Assembly (NCBI GenBank): GCA_041749395.1
Contig: JBGTBJ010000096.1
Span: forward strand, 111 to 64,110
Length of the DNA stretch: 64,000 bases
Direction: 5' to 3'
DNA from: Pirellulaceae bacterium
Lineage (GTDB): Bacteria; Planctomycetota; Planctomycetia; Pirellulales; Pirellulaceae
The notes beneath the pieces were generated by a model that worked only from the letters and a program-made list of their open reading frames with translations, was not told the origin of the DNA and did no database searches. Below, piece after piece: positions 49,979 through 59,279 of this stretch. The translations under genes were made by a program, and so were the position numbers. The stretch's first letter is position 1. Every line of letters begins with the position of its first letter.

Positions 49979-50554
49979 ATGCAAACGATACGCAGCTTTA
50001 TCGCCATTCCCATCAGTCCTGCAGTACAAAAGGGGATGTCGCTGATGGTGAAACGATTGGCGGGTGAACGAGATGGAATCAAATGGGTTCCCAGCGAGAG
50101 CTTGCATTTGACACTCAAATTCCTTGGCGAGGTGGACAATCGAGAAGTGCCTCGCGTGTGCGAAGTGGTGCGCCAGTGCTGCGACGGAATCGAGCCATTT
50201 ACGCTGCGATTTTCAGGCGTGGGAGCTTTTCCTCAAACTTCCAAACCGCGTGTTGTGTACGCAGGAGTCATGGAGGGAGGGGAGCCGCTTGTCGCGATTG
50301 TGAGTGGGCTAGAGAAAGAGTTAGCCACATTAAGATTCAAGCCAGAGCCACGCGATTACATACCTCATTTAACCCTCGGTCGAACCAGAGGCGGTAGCCG
50401 TCGCGGTTCGCCCGAATTGCAAGAACGCTTGGAGCGTAATGCCAATCAAGCGCTAGGGCAAATGGATGTCGACCGCGTGCAATTGGTCGCCAGCTTTTTG
50501 GATAAGGCTGGGCCCACCTATCAAGTGATGGATACCATTGACTTAGTTGGCTGA
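49979..50554 (+). CDS. thpR: RNA 2',3'-cyclic phosphodiesterase (2H phosphoesterase)
   Basis: RSFIAI start and two HxT motifs (LHLTLKFLG, PHLTLGR). Confidence 0.92.
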   Translation: MQTIRSFIAIPISPAVQKGMSLMVKRLAGERDGIKWVPSESLHLTLKFLGEVDNREVPRVCEVVRQCCDGIEPFTLRFSGVGAFPQTSKPRVVYAGVMEGGEPLVAIVSGLEKELATLRFKPEPRDYIPHLTLGRTRGGSRRGSPELQERLERNANQALGQMDVDRVQLVASFLDKAGPTYQVMDTIDLVG

Positions 50555-50570
50555 TGCACTTGCATTGATT

Positions 50571-51296
50571 TCAGCCGACAGCTGGCAAGAAAGATTTCCA
50601 GGATTCGTAGCGTGGATCCAATATCGATTGCGACAGCAGAGGGTTGAGGCGTGGTTTACACGGATTGCTGAGCAATTGCATTCTGGCTTGTTGAGGTGTG
50701 CGACCACCTTTGCGGCTGTTACAACGCAAGCAAGAACAAACAATGTTTTCCCAAGTGGTTTGGCCACCGTGAGAACGAGGCACCACGTGGTCCAGGCTCA
50801 GCTGTCCTGCGGGCTTTTCCTGTCCGCAGTATTGGCAGGTATGTTTGTCGCGCGCGAAGAGGTTTCTGCGATTGAAGCGAACGGCTGGCATAGGAATGCG
50901 ATCAAACCTCGTCAGCCGAATGATGCGGGGAGCCAATAATTCGAATCCGACCGCTTGCAGATAGTCTTCGTCCGGTTGTTTTTCCAGTGAGGTCAGTTGG
51001 CTGATTTCTTGCCAACTGGGAAAATCGTAACTGGCATAGCGGTCGTTTTCTAACGTGATGACTTCGGCACAATCGCGATAGAGCAAAGTCAAAGAGCGTC
51101 GAACAGTGACGACACGTACCGCCATATAAAAACGATTCAAAACCAGAACGCTTGAATCCAAAACGGGCGAATGGGGTGCGGCGGACACCGGTTCGCAATG
51201 GAGTGAAGCGTCGGGTTCGATAGACTGGTTGGAGGGGAAACTAGCGTTTGCCATCGTGCGGAGCGTCCTTATGGGTTTTCCCGCTGCAATCCTCAA
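50571..51296 (-). CDS. HNH endonuclease (McrA-like, stand-alone)
   Basis: VLVLNRFY, RRNLFARDKHTCQYCG, LDHVVPRSHGG and WENIVCSCLRCNSRKG. Confidence 0.9.
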   Translation of the reverse strand: MRIAAGKPIRTLRTMANASFPSNQSIEPDASLHCEPVSAAPHSPVLDSSVLVLNRFYMAVRVVTVRRSLTLLYRDCAEVITLENDRYASYDFPSWQEISQLTSLEKQPDEDYLQAVGFELLAPRIIRLTRFDRIPMPAVRFNRRNLFARDKHTCQYCGQEKPAGQLSLDHVVPRSHGGQTTWENIVCSCLRCNSRKGGRTPQQARMQLLSNPCKPRLNPLLSQSILDPRYESWKSFLPAVG

Positions 51297-51405
51297 CTGC
51301 GAATCATTCTAGCGAGGTGTGCAAGCCGGGACCAGCAACTAGGCAGTCAGGCAAGGTATAAGTTGCCAAGACTAAGGCGATAGCAACGAACTGCGGCAGC
51401 AGCGG

Positions 51406-51990
51406 TTGGTAAATTTTCGCGGTAGATTTAGCGAAGGAATGGGGATGGAAGTGGGAATTGCGGTATTGTGGGGAACAGGATTAATCGTCCTCTGTGCCTT
51501 AGCGTGGGGGTTGAACTTCATTTCGCTGCCGGGTAACTGGTTGGCGGTGGCATTAATTGGTCTTTATTTCTGGCTAGGACCAGCCGACGGGCGGGTGGCG
51601 TTGTCTTGGCCTATTCCCGTGGCGGCTTTTATGTTGGCTCTGGCGGGTGAATTGTTCGAATTTGTCGCTGCCGCCCTTGGGGCAAAGCGGGCAGGCGCCA
51701 GTCGTCGCTCGACCCTGTTTGCCGTCCTGGGTTCGCTAGTGGGAGCGATTGTGGGGGCCATTGTTGGCTTGCCCATCCCCTTTGTAGGTTCCGTGGTCGC
51801 AGCGCTGCTGTTTGGTGCAGGGGGCGCTTTAGGTGGCGCGATGTACGGCGAATGGACCGACGGAAAATCTTGGCAAGAAAGTTGGACAGTCGGGCACGCT
51901 GCCTTCTGGGGGCGACTTTTGGGAACGCTGGGCAAAGTTGCCAGCGGGGCTGTGATTGTGGTGCTCGTGCTGTGCGCCGTTTTACTGTGA
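51406..51990 (+). CDS. DUF456 family membrane protein
   Basis: LPGNWL, ELFEFVAAALGAKRAGASRRS, Gly-rich helices, GALGGAMYGE and LGTLGK. Confidence 0.85.
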   Translation: MVNFRGRFSEGMGMEVGIAVLWGTGLIVLCALAWGLNFISLPGNWLAVALIGLYFWLGPADGRVALSWPIPVAAFMLALAGELFEFVAAALGAKRAGASRRSTLFAVLGSLVGAIVGAIVGLPIPFVGSVVAALLFGAGGALGGAMYGEWTDGKSWQESWTVGHAAFWGRLLGTLGKVASGAVIVVLVLCAVLL

Positions 51991-52100
51991 ACTCGCTTCG
52001 TGTGATTTATCTTGCGGGGCGGGTGAAGTTCTCGCTAGGATGGAGAGCATAAACTTCATGCGTTGACATGAATAACTTTTCTGCTTTGAGAAACTACAGA

Positions 52101-52406
52101 ATGATCCATTACACATGCGACCGCTGTCATCGTGAAATCGATACCGAGGTCGAGGTGCGGTATGCCGTTCAAGTTGAATGCAGGGCGGTTTTTGAGTGCG
52201 GTCCGCATGGTGAGCCAAATCGAGAAGAGGATCACCTGCTGGAGCTGCACGAAGTACTTGAGCGAATGGATGACGAGCCTGAGTCTGTGCACGCGACCAA
52301 AACACAAAGTCAGCACTTTGATTTGTGTGCTGATTGCTACCAAGTCTATTCGCGAAATCCGCTCGCTCGAGAAACACCGTTGAGCATCGAGTTCAGCGAG
52401 AACTGA
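52101..52406 (+). CDS. Small putative zinc-binding protein
   Basis: ORF 52068..52406, likely ATG 52101. YTCDRC...DLCADC gives two CxxC pairs. Also DHLLELHE. Confidence 0.7.
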   Translation: MIHYTCDRCHREIDTEVEVRYAVQVECRAVFECGPHGEPNREEDHLLELHEVLERMDDEPESVHATKTQSQHFDLCADCYQVYSRNPLARETPLSIEFSEN

Positions 52407-53289
52407 TCAATTCAGTGAATGCTCGTTGGGCCGCTTGGTAATCGAGCACGGCGACGCGGACATCGACCGGTAAACGCTTTAACTCTGGGTCGCGATAGGG
52501 GTCGACTTTGGAGAAGATGGTACGAGTTAGCCAGTCTTCAGGGATGCGTGGATCCATCAGCTCTAAGCGATTGACAAATTGGTGCAACACGGTTGGCGCT
52601 GTAGAGCGGGCGATAGCTCGCGAGTGAACGTCTACTGACTCTCGCAGTTTCAGTTCCGCGTTGACCAATTGCATTGCACTTTGTTGTGCGGAAGTATCGC
52701 CACTCAAATATCCAGCGACCATCATGGGTTGATAGGCGATTTTTTTGGAGTGTCCATAAGCTGTCGCTTGCAAGTGAAACGCGCTGCCGCGCCACTCGCG
52801 GGGCGCTCGCACCAAGATTTGAAAATGAAAAGTTCCTTCCAGCGATTCACCTGATTTCGAAGTGAGTTTCAGTACTGTGGCACGTCCGCCCGAAGCTGTT
52901 CCGCTGGACAAATGGATCAACGAACTCTTGTCGGATATGTCGCTCCTGTCGGACAAGTGGCGGGCTGAACTAGCGGGATCGACAAGCGACACCGCAAGGA
53001 TTTGCAAATTGGGATCGCACAGATCAACTTCCAATTGAATCTGATCGATACGTACTGGCCGATTCCCTAGTGTGATTGCGGAGACGCTCAGCGGAATCGA
53101 CATCTGCATATTCCCCAGGGGCTCGATGGGAGCTGGAGATAGAGGGGTCGATATCGCTAAGGATGAAGCATCAAAAGAGATGCTATTCGACGCGGCATAG
53201 CCGACTGAGAATGGCAGCGAGATCGCTAGGCCGGTTAGCGCTAGTTTTAATGCGAAGAGGTGAAATTTGTGAAGTGATAGGTGGGACAT
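52393..53289 (-). CDS. Secreted hypothetical protein
   Basis: 298-aa ORF with a signal peptide ending ..VGYAA. No recognised family. Confidence 0.6.
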   Translation of the reverse strand: MSHLSLHKFHLFALKLALTGLAISLPFSVGYAASNSISFDASSLAISTPLSPAPIEPLGNMQMSIPLSVSAITLGNRPVRIDQIQLEVDLCDPNLQILAVSLVDPASSARHLSDRSDISDKSSLIHLSSGTASGGRATVLKLTSKSGESLEGTFHFQILVRAPREWRGSAFHLQATAYGHSKKIAYQPMMVAGYLSGDTSAQQSAMQLVNAELKLRESVDVHSRAIARSTAPTVLHQFVNRLELMDPRIPEDWLTRTIFSKVDPYRDPELKRLPVDVRVAVLDYQAAQRAFTELISSR

Positions 53290-53487
53290 GGTGGTTCTCC
53301 TTTCCGTGACCCGAGGACATCCGTTTCAGGCAGTGCTGACGATCCTGTCATGAGGGCCCTCCATCCCGGGAAGGCGAAGCAACACGATTACCGCGAAAGT
53401 CGATCGCCCCGTGCATGCATCCATTCCATCGTAGGGAGCAGTGCAGCAAAGGCAAGGAAGGGGAGGGGGCAGCATGGGCGTATTGAC

Positions 53488-54063
53488 TTAGCTGTGCATG
53501 CGGGGCAAGTGCGACCCTTCGGCTATGATTTCCGCTTCGGCTGCGGAGAGGATCTCGAGTCGTTGCCGCACGACATCTCGCGGTGCAAAGTGTTCCGCCA
53601 GTCGCGTGTAAGTAGAATGGTGGCGAGCCTCGCTTTCGAATAAGTTTGCATAGAACTCCGCCAAATCCGAATCGGCTACATGTTGGCTCAGCAAGCGAAA
53701 ACGTTCGCAGCTTCGCGCTTCAATCAATCCTGCGATCAGTAACCGATCGATGGCCCGATCGGGTTCCGAAGGACGCACGAGTCCATTGAGTCGTCGACCG
53801 TACGGACCTGGTTGGAGGCGACGAAAGACGATGCCCCTTTTGTCCAGATGATCAACGACCAAGTGAAAGTGCTCCAATTCCTCAAGCACAATAGTGGACA
53901 TTTCTTTAGCTAGTTCTCGGTTTTCTGCGTAGGCATTGAGTAAATTCAGCGCGACGGTAGCTGCTTTGCGTTCGCAGTGGGCGTGATCGATGAGAATCTC
54001 GTCGAGATGGCCTTGGACATGTTTCAGCCAGCGGGTATCGGACTGAGATTGCAAGTGAAGCAC
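53488..54063 (-). CDS. miaE: tRNA-(ms2io6A37) hydroxylase MiaE
   Basis: ORF 53488..54165, likely GTG start 54063 (MLHLQSQSDTRW). Di-iron motifs DHAHCERKAA, EELEHF, LIEARSCERF and SEARHH. Confidence 0.93.
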   Translation of the reverse strand: MLHLQSQSDTRWLKHVQGHLDEILIDHAHCERKAATVALNLLNAYAENRELAKEMSTIVLEELEHFHLVVDHLDKRGIVFRRLQPGPYGRRLNGLVRPSEPDRAIDRLLIAGLIEARSCERFRLLSQHVADSDLAEFYANLFESEARHHSTYTRLAEHFAPRDVVRQRLEILSAAEAEIIAEGSHLPRMHS

Positions 54064-54158
54064 AGGAAAAACCGAGTAGGGAATGGAACTGATGAATGGC
54101 GGTTGCTGGAAATCTTGATTGTGGTGAGAATCTAGCTTTTGGCTAGATGGAGAGATAA

Positions 54159-55139
54159 ATGGCATTTTGGCGAACGAAGAAAAATCAAGAAGATCCCACT
54201 CCGTCCGGAACGCCCGCGGATTCGGGTGGTGGGTTATTTGCCAGGCTGCGACGAGGACTGGAGAAGACTGGTCGAGTTTTGAACACCGATATCCGGGATT
54301 TGTTCAAAGCGGAAGGTCGCTTGGTCGACGATGAGTTGCTCGAAGAAATCTTTGCCAAGCTAGTAACCACCGATATGGGCGTCGGTCCTGCCAAGCGAAT
54401 TCGCGAGCGAATCGCGACGGAGTTTCGTGGTCGAGTCGTGCAGATGGAAGAGTGCATGCAGACTATCCGAGACGAGATCCGCGACATGTTGCGGCAAGAA
54501 GACGCCGATATTCGTTGGGCCGAGAGTGGGACCACCGTGATCCTTGTTGTGGGTGTGAATGGTAGTGGGAAGACAACTTCGATTGCCAAGCTGGCCAACC
54601 GTTTTCACAAGGACGGTCGCCGAGTGATCTTAGGTGCGGGTGATACGTTTCGCGCAGCGGCCGTGGAGCAATTAACCGTTTGGGCAGGTCGAATAGGTTG
54701 TGAGATTGTTACGGGCAAGCCGGAAGCAGACCCTGCGAGCGTCGCCTTTGCGACAGTGGAACGCGCCACGGCTGAACGGTTTGATGTTGCCGTGATTGAT
54801 ACGGCTGGGCGATTGCAGACGCAAAAGCACTTGATGCAACAATTGGATAAGATTCGACGCGTAGTCGGAAAATCCATTCCGAATGCACCGCACGAAGTGT
54901 TGTTGGTACTCGATGCGACCGCCGGCCAGAATGCAATTAGCCAAGCGCGAGGGTTTAGCGAGGTTGCGGGTTGCACTGGAATCGTGCTTGCCAAGCTGGA
55001 TGGTTCTGCAAAGGGTGGAGTCGTCATACCGATTCGCGAACAATTTGCGTTGCCAGTTAAGTACGTTGGGCTCGGTGAAGCATTGGACGATCTAGCACCG
55101 TTTGATGCGGACAGTTTTGTCGACGCACTCTTTCGTTAA
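54159..55139 (+). CDS. ftsY: Signal recognition particle receptor FtsY (short, no acidic A domain)
   Basis: GVNGSGKTTSIAKLA, DTFRAAAVEQL, DTAGRLQT and KLDGSAKGG. Confidence 0.96.
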   Translation: MAFWRTKKNQEDPTPSGTPADSGGGLFARLRRGLEKTGRVLNTDIRDLFKAEGRLVDDELLEEIFAKLVTTDMGVGPAKRIRERIATEFRGRVVQMEECMQTIRDEIRDMLRQEDADIRWAESGTTVILVVGVNGSGKTTSIAKLANRFHKDGRRVILGAGDTFRAAAVEQLTVWAGRIGCEIVTGKPEADPASVAFATVERATAERFDVAVIDTAGRLQTQKHLMQQLDKIRRVVGKSIPNAPHEVLLVLDATAGQNAISQARGFSEVAGCTGIVLAKLDGSAKGGVVIPIREQFALPVKYVGLGEALDDLAPFDADSFVDALFR

Positions 55140-55156
55140 GAACATGAGATAGTTGC

Positions 55157-55191
55157 AAATAGTCGCCTTTCGCTCCGCGAAAGTAGCGTTG
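55157..55191. repeat. Single REP-like element
   Basis: AAATAGTCGCCTTTCGCTCCGCGAAAGTAGCGTTG is identical over 35 bp to 30908-30942. It lies 17 bp after the ftsY stop. Confidence 0.9.
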
Positions 55192-55575
55192 AATAATAAG
55201 CTGAGATATGAGGTCAATACTTGCCTATCAGCCGGAGCACGATTGGAGTTCTTGGAGCGAGACGGCTTTTTTCATGTTTGTTACAGGCGATGAGTCAGGT
55301 GGAGAGTGGTGGACAGGGTCCGTGGTGCAATGAATCTTCCATTCCCATTGGGCGGGTGCGTCTTGTTGGGATAGCTTTGCTGACCGGCAAAGTTTACCAG
55401 GCTTGGGTGTTTTCTCTGAAAAACCTTTGGTTTGGTATGATGGGCAAGTTCAATTCTGGTCGCTTAAAAAGTCGATAGCAGAAGTGGTTCGAGCGAAGAA
55501 CGACGTTCTGGCTCGTGTAACCGATCCTGCGTGCAACGCGGATCTACCGGCCCCAAGGATTGGAATTAAAAATCT

Positions 55576-56985
55576 ATGAAAGTCAGCAAACTTGCATGGC
55601 TGGCCGCAGCGGCGATCGGAATGTCCTCCGGCGTAGCTCAAGCTCAGCAATACGGCACCTACTCCGGTGTTTATCAAACTCAATATCAAGGTCAGCGTCA
55701 GGCAACTGTCAACCAAGTCTCGTGCAATGAGAGTGGTTGTGCGGCAGCCTCGTGTGACTGTGGCGAACCTGCATGCGGCTGCGAAGCTGTGGCTGATCCA
55801 GCGTGCGGATGCGAAGTCGCTTGTGATCCAGGATGCGATTCGGGATGCGACAGCTTGGGATTGGGATTGAATCTCAACCCCGCTGGCTGTTGCGACCTGG
55901 GCGACCCCTACGAATTATTCGGCGAATATTGCGGAATCAAAGTCGGCGGTTGGGGCCAAATTGGTTACCACAGCTTTGACGGTGGCCGACGCTTCAATAA
56001 TCACGCTGACCGCGTCAACCTGCACCAAGGTTGGTTGTATGCAGAGAAGGCGATCGACACCAGTTGCGGTTTCGACATCGGTGGTCGCGTTGACTACATT
56101 TACGGTGTTGACGCCCAAGATACACAAGCCTTCGGTATCGCCAATAATCACTGGGATAACCAGTGGGACAACGGTATCTATGGCCATGCACTGCCTCAAG
56201 CCTACGCCGAAGTTGGTTATGGTGACTTGTCAGTCAAGATTGGTCACTTCTTCACGCTGATCGGTTATGAAGTGGTTCCAGCTACTGGAAACTTCTTCTA
56301 CAGCCACGCTTATACGATGTACAACAGCGAGCCGTTTACTCATACCGGCTTCTTGGCAAAGTACAACGCCAGCGATGATCTGACCCTTTACGGTGGCTAC
56401 ACCTTGGGTTGGGACAGTGGTTTTGAAGACAATGGCGACAGCTTCCTCGGTGGCATTAGCTATCAGGTCAATGACGACTTCAACATGACCTACGCATTAG
56501 TCGCTGGTCGTTTTGGTGACGGCGTGGCCACTGCTGCCGGTGGATCGTTGGACGAGCGTGGTTACATGCACAGCTTGATCTTGAACACTGCATTGACCGA
56601 TAAGACTACCTACATCTTCCAAACCGACTATTTGGATACCGAAGATGCCAATGGTGGCGTGGCTCGTAACACGTTCGATATCAATCAGTACTTGTTGTAC
56701 AACATCAGCGATTGCTGGGCGTTGGGTACACGGGCTGAATGGTACAACGTCAACACCAACAGCCAGCTATTCAATGCTGCTCCAACATCCGGCAACACGG
56801 ACGTTTATGCATTGACCGCTGGTGTGAATTATCGTCCTCATGCCAACGTCTTGATCCGTCCTGAAGTTCGCTGGGATTGGATTAAGGAAGACCGTGCTTC
56901 GCTCAATGCAGCCGGTTTGACGTTCAACGAGAACAACGATCCATCGCAAACGACGTTCGGTATCGACACGATCATTACGTTCTAA
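55576..56985 (+). CDS. Outer-membrane beta-barrel porin (BBP2/DUF1597-like) with a Cys-rich N-terminal segment
   Basis: Signal peptide ..GVAQA. Motifs LHQGWLYAEK, GGRVDYIYG.D, LPQAY.EV.Y, GHFFTLIGYEVVPA.GNFFYSH.Y and EPFTHTG. Terminal Phe. Confidence 0.85.
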   Translation: MKVSKLAWLAAAAIGMSSGVAQAQQYGTYSGVYQTQYQGQRQATVNQVSCNESGCAAASCDCGEPACGCEAVADPACGCEVACDPGCDSGCDSLGLGLNLNPAGCCDLGDPYELFGEYCGIKVGGWGQIGYHSFDGGRRFNNHADRVNLHQGWLYAEKAIDTSCGFDIGGRVDYIYGVDAQDTQAFGIANNHWDNQWDNGIYGHALPQAYAEVGYGDLSVKIGHFFTLIGYEVVPATGNFFYSHAYTMYNSEPFTHTGFLAKYNASDDLTLYGGYTLGWDSGFEDNGDSFLGGISYQVNDDFNMTYALVAGRFGDGVATAAGGSLDERGYMHSLILNTALTDKTTYIFQTDYLDTEDANGGVARNTFDINQYLLYNISDCWALGTRAEWYNVNTNSQLFNAAPTSGNTDVYALTAGVNYRPHANVLIRPEVRWDWIKEDRASLNAAGLTFNENNDPSQTTFGIDTIITF

Positions 56986-57076
56986 TGTGAGGCACTGCTT
57001 CGGAGGAGTTTGCCAGGCGGGGTCGGTCGAACTCGGACAGCCGAGGCACGCAGTTTAACGTGAGCAATCGCCATAG

Positions 57077-57113
57077 GCGTCGCCAAGAATCGCATTCTTG
57101 GCGACGCTTTTTT
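57077..57113 (+). terminator. Rho-independent terminator after the porin gene
   Basis: Perfect 14-bp stem GCGTCGCCAAGAAT-CGC-ATTCTTGGCGACGC followed by TTTTTT. Confidence 0.9.
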
Positions 57114-57498
57114 CATTGCAGACAGCCCATTTCTCTTGCTGCCAATCTCTTGGGCAGTTCACGGTTGTCTCTTGCCTACATGTTAGGCATTTCTCAGTGG
57201 AACCAGCTCATTCAACGGCCTTCCGAAAAACAAAGCAATTTTTTTAAGTCTTTGATATCAAAGCACTTGCGCCGGCAAGGATGGTGTTGCGTTCGATCGT
57301 CGGCGCAGCTCGTGCATGTAACGCACCGACACTAAAGAGCTTGCGTAAAAGTCCGCCTTCGATCACCAGATTGAGGTGAAATTGGCCCGGGCAGGTGTCG
57401 AGGTGGCTTGTGCGCTTAGTTGCCCGAATGTATTGAGCACCACAGGCGTGTTGGTGCAGGGATTTCGCGGAACATTCTGCACGAGAGAAACGATTTAA

Positions 57499-59025
57499 AT
57501 GATTCAGATTTTGAAAGGTCCTTGGTTCACAGTAGCACTCCTTGTGGGGTTGTTGGGGGTTGGCCTGTCACTCGCGTCGGTCGCTTCCGCGCAGGAAGCG
57601 GATGCAGCAGTAATGGAATCCGCGGAATCGGCCGGCGCGGGTGACACGGCTCCAACACCAGCAGTGGAGAGCGAAGAAGCCCCCACAGTTGCAGACATCG
57701 TCAACATTGCTGATGTCGATCCAGCACAGGCAACGAATTACACGATCAATACGATGATCATGTTTATTTGTGCGGTGCTCGTGATTTTCATGCAGGCTGG
57801 TTTCGCGATGGTCGAAGTCGGCTTGAATGCAGCGAAAAACACGGTCAACATTTTGGCCAAAAACGTGATGGACTTAGCAGTGGGTGTGCTGCTGTTTCTG
57901 TTCGTCGGCTTCAATTTGATGTATCCGGGCAGCTGGGTTGTCGAAGGCTATATTGGCTCACCTGCACCATTTGTCTCTCGGGATGCTCAAGTCGATAGCA
58001 ACGGTAATTTCACTTCGCAACCACTTCGCGATGACGATGGGAATTTGAAGTACAGTTCGTCTGCCGACTTCTTGTTCCAAGTAGCGTTCGCGGCAACAGC
58101 AGCGACGATTGTTTCAGGTGCGGTCGCTGGGCGTATGAAGTTTGGTGCCTATCTGGTCTACAGTGCTTTGCTCACTGGTTTGATCTATCCCATCAGCGGT
58201 AGTTGGAAATGGGGTGGAGGATTCTTGCAGGAAGCTGGTTTTGCAGATTTCGCAGGATCGGTTGTCGTTCACGCAGTCGGTGGGTTTGCCGGCCTTGCTG
58301 GTGCGATGTTGTTGGGCCCACGACTGGGACGCTTCACAGCAGATGGCAAGGGTGTGCCTCTCCCTGGCCACAATATCACTTTCGCGGCCTTGGGCGTATT
58401 TATCCTGTGGGTTGGGTGGTACGGCTTCAATCCCGGTAGTCAGTTGACCTATGCTGGTGTAGCGAATGCTGAAATCACCACCTACATCGCTGTAACGACC
58501 ACGATTGCTGGCGCTGCAGGTGCGGTCTCTGCGATGGTGATTGCCTGGGTTATGTTTGGCAAGCCTGATTTGACGATGGCCCTCAACGGTGTCTTGGGTG
58601 GGCTAGTTGGTATCACTGCAAATTGCGATCAGGTGTCCCAGGTCAGTGCACTGATCATTGGTGGTGTAGCGGGTGTGCTCGTAGTACTTGGCATCGTAAT
58701 GTTGGACAAGGTCCGCATCGACGATCCAGTAGGCGCGTTTCCTGTGCACGGCGTGTGCGGAGTTTGGGGTGGTCTTGCCACCGGAATCTTCGGTGCAAAC
58801 ATTCCAGACGGCTTGACACGAGGTGGCTACATTCTGGTTCAATCCTACAGTACTGGCATCATTGTCGCGTGGGCCTTCGGAACCATGTTCGCCCTGTTCT
58901 CGGTGCTCAAGGTCCTCGGTTTACTGCGAGTAAGTGCAGAGGAAGAAACGGCAGGCTTGGATATCTCTGAGCACGGCATGCACGCATATCCAAGTGATGC
59001 ACTGGCGGGTCAAGCAGTCCATTAG
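57499..59025 (+). CDS. amtB: Ammonium transporter (Amt family)
   Basis: FMQAGFAMVEVG, FQVAFAATAATIVSGAVAGR, twin-His motifs DFAGSVVVH and DDPVGAFPVHG, GWYGFNPGS and GLDISEHG. Cleavable N-terminal signal. Confidence 0.96.
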   Translation: MIQILKGPWFTVALLVGLLGVGLSLASVASAQEADAAVMESAESAGAGDTAPTPAVESEEAPTVADIVNIADVDPAQATNYTINTMIMFICAVLVIFMQAGFAMVEVGLNAAKNTVNILAKNVMDLAVGVLLFLFVGFNLMYPGSWVVEGYIGSPAPFVSRDAQVDSNGNFTSQPLRDDDGNLKYSSSADFLFQVAFAATAATIVSGAVAGRMKFGAYLVYSALLTGLIYPISGSWKWGGGFLQEAGFADFAGSVVVHAVGGFAGLAGAMLLGPRLGRFTADGKGVPLPGHNITFAALGVFILWVGWYGFNPGSQLTYAGVANAEITTYIAVTTTIAGAAGAVSAMVIAWVMFGKPDLTMALNGVLGGLVGITANCDQVSQVSALIIGGVAGVLVVLGIVMLDKVRIDDPVGAFPVHGVCGVWGGLATGIFGANIPDGLTRGGYILVQSYSTGIIVAWAFGTMFALFSVLKVLGLLRVSAEEETAGLDISEHGMHAYPSDALAGQAVH

Positions 59026-59085
59026 TCGTTAACAGTATAGAAGCAACTTCTCGGCTCTTGCCTGGGCCAGAAGAATCCCCAATGG

Positions 59086-59116
59086 TCTGAGCGGGTGTCC
59101 GCCTCACCCGCTCAGA
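59086..59116 (+). terminator. Strong stem-loop downstream of amt
   Basis: Perfect 12-bp stem TCTGAGCGGGTG-TCCGCCT-CACCCGCTCAGA. A T-run follows at 59123-27. Confidence 0.7.
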
Positions 59117-59170
59117 TCGGGGTTTTTCAAAGAGAAGTTACCAGAGGCGTGATCTTCGATTTTTATTCTG

Positions 59171-59209
59171 CCCGCTGCTGAGGACCTCCACCCTTGGCAG
59201 CGGGTTTTT
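59171..59209 (+). terminator. Second terminator-like hairpin 70 nt upstream of the PII gene
   Basis: CCCGCTGC(TGAGG)...(CCTTG)GCAGCGGG followed by TTTTT. Confidence 0.55.
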
Positions 59210-59279
59210 GTTTACACTCTCGGCATCACGAAGGACGTTTTGACTACCGTTATCATTCCTGTACAAAAAAACACAAACA

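Noticed and set aside
50571-51296. HNH gene as a mobile element or restriction system
   Set aside because: There is no intron context, methylase, terminal repeats or transposase. It matches the widespread stand-alone McrA-like HNH family.
53290-53487. GC-rich intergenic stretch with a GAAA-capped hairpin near ftsY (SRP RNA?)
   Set aside because: It lacks the SRP helix-8 consensus (CAGG...GGAA...AGCAG), so there is no support for an ncRNA call.
54064-54165. Apparent head-to-head overlap of miaE and ftsY
   Set aside because: The MiaE family start is the GTG at 54063, which leaves a normal 95-bp divergent intergenic region.
57437-57457. GCACCA-N9-TGGTGC palindrome upstream of amt, resembling an NtrC box
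   Set aside because: The spacing differs from the canonical NtrC site (N3), and I found no GG-N10-GC sigma-54 promoter nearby. It may just be a 5' UTR hairpin.
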